From NCBI GenBank assembly GCA_024626585.2, contig JANKJI020000002.1, positions 235,906,774 to 235,929,803 on the forward strand: 23,030 nucleotides of DNA, in the 5' to 3' direction. Positions 21,963 to 23,030 of this stretch are shown piece by piece (the stretch's first letter is position 1; every line of letters begins with the position of its first letter). Below the pieces are notes generated by a model, which had not been told where the DNA came from, ran no database searches, and saw only the letters and a list, made by a program, of their open reading frames with translations. Source of the stretch: Ginkgo biloba. Lineage: Eukaryota; Plantae; Ginkgophyta. The position numbers and the translations under genes are program-made.

Positions 21963-22356
21963 TTTGATGTGATATATTTGGAAACTATAAATGGTTATAA
22001 TGACCCTCTGATAGTGAGGAAGAGCCAATTTGGCTATTGTAAGGATTTATTATTGTTGATTAATGACACATGGAGTTTTATTCCTTAAGAGACTTTCTCT
22101 AGTTAAAATGTTAACTTTATGTAATTAATTTTATGTGTGCATTCAATTATTTTTTTCCTTGAATCTTATAAATTCAATTTATTAGGAATACATGCATTTG
22201 TAGACACATAATTTTGTTACTAAGGAATCTGTAGCTAATCACATTTGGAGATTTTGTCTCACCCACTAAAATACGAATCAAATTCATATTAGATCATAAG
22301 TTCTTAAGCTTATGTTGAATGGCGCAAACCAAAATTAGTTAGTCATTTATTAGAGC
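21963..22356 (+). mobile_element. Possible 5' LTR portion and degenerate tRNA-Met PBS of the downstream gypsy element
   Basis: CTATAAAT lies at ~21984. CA followed by TTTATTAGAGC (22345-22356) resembles TGGTATCAGAGC and sits just upstream of gag. Confidence 0.4.
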
Positions 22357-22405
22357 TCCTTTATTGCTATGATTTATTAGAGAGATAGTTCCAAGATTTG
22401 AATAT

Positions 22406-23030
22406 ATGGTAAAAATAATAGAGGGAAAATTGGAAAACACTATTGAAGTTAGATTCTAGTAGTTGGAGTCCAATATGGAGACCATTATGTAGTTGTTGCA
22501 AGAATTTAAGACTCTAAAGATGAAAAGGGAACTAATTCAAGTTTAGCATCTCTGAAAAGAGACCAAGGAGAGCCTAGTAGTTCCAAGACTAATGGGAAAA
22601 GGCCTTTTGTTGTAAAAAGAGACTCTCATCCTTCCAAGAATCCATTCAAAGTTGAGGAGAAAGTAGAGATTAAGCCTTATGATGGTGAGATGAACCCCAA
22701 AAAATTGAACAACTAGTTAATATGGCTTGAAGTTTACTTTAGTTATTATGATTTTTTTGATAAGGAGAAAATCTATTTTTATCATCTAAGGATGGAGGGA
22801 TATGCACTTTTATGGTGGGAGTATTTATGTCAAGAAAGGTCCCTCACCAGGAAAAACTAGTAACCGATTGGGAGGATTTCAAGAATATTGTTAAAGCTCA
22901 ATTTTACCTAATGGGCTATGAGGAGGAGTAGGATTTTTTATGGTACTAGCTGAGACAATGCGAAGGGAAAAGATTCCAAGAGTATATAGTCGAATTCAAA
23001 AAATAATGTCTATAATTAGAAATTAACCAG
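22406..23030 (+). mobile_element. Decayed Ty3/gypsy gag (Retrotrans_gag-like), runs off window
   Basis: Translation gives PFKVEEKVEIKPYDGEMNPKKLNN*LIWLEVYF...EKIYFYHLRMEGYALLWWE...(fs)DWEDFKNIVKAQFYLMGYEEE*...LRQCEGKKIQEYIVEFKK. Confidence 0.92.

Noticed and set aside
5061-22088. All ORFs containing X runs
   Set aside because: Their length is inflated by placeholder gaps of unknown size, and the frames across the gaps are meaningless.

Overview
Eukaryotic, AT-rich, CpG-depleted land-plant genomic scaffold with many N-gaps, mostly 100-N placeholders. The transposon proteins look gymnosperm-like to me, but this is inference, not a database result. I find no intact protein-coding gene, rRNA, tRNA or CRISPR array, and most ORFs in the track are spurious or span gaps. 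(1) 1-6.1 kb: nested, decayed retroelements, namely a Ty3/gypsy RNaseH-integrase, a second gypsy element (gag-protease plus integrase) interrupted by a CpG-rich LTR-like insert, and a LINE ORF2 fragment. (2) 6.4-15.5 kb: three diverged direct copies plus fragments of a multi-kb unit. Its minus strand carries length-conserved AG...GT-bounded exon-like blocks with no conserved ORF, so it is a candidate tandemly amplified spliced non-coding gene or an old pseudogene. (3) 15.6-16.8 kb: a gypsy pol remnant in which a 21-bp minisatellite sits where protease and most of RT should be. (4) 19.4-20.3 kb: a CpG-retaining probable 5' end of a plus-strand gene (exon-intron-exon). (5) 22.0-23.0 kb: LTR/PBS/gag start of another gypsy element. 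The most unusual patterns are the exon-structured non-coding tandem unit, a ~30-bp-phased array of CCGAC-N3-GTCGG dyads in the LTR-like insert, and a fold-back junction at 6.1-6.35 kb. None of these establishes a new biological system from sequence alone.
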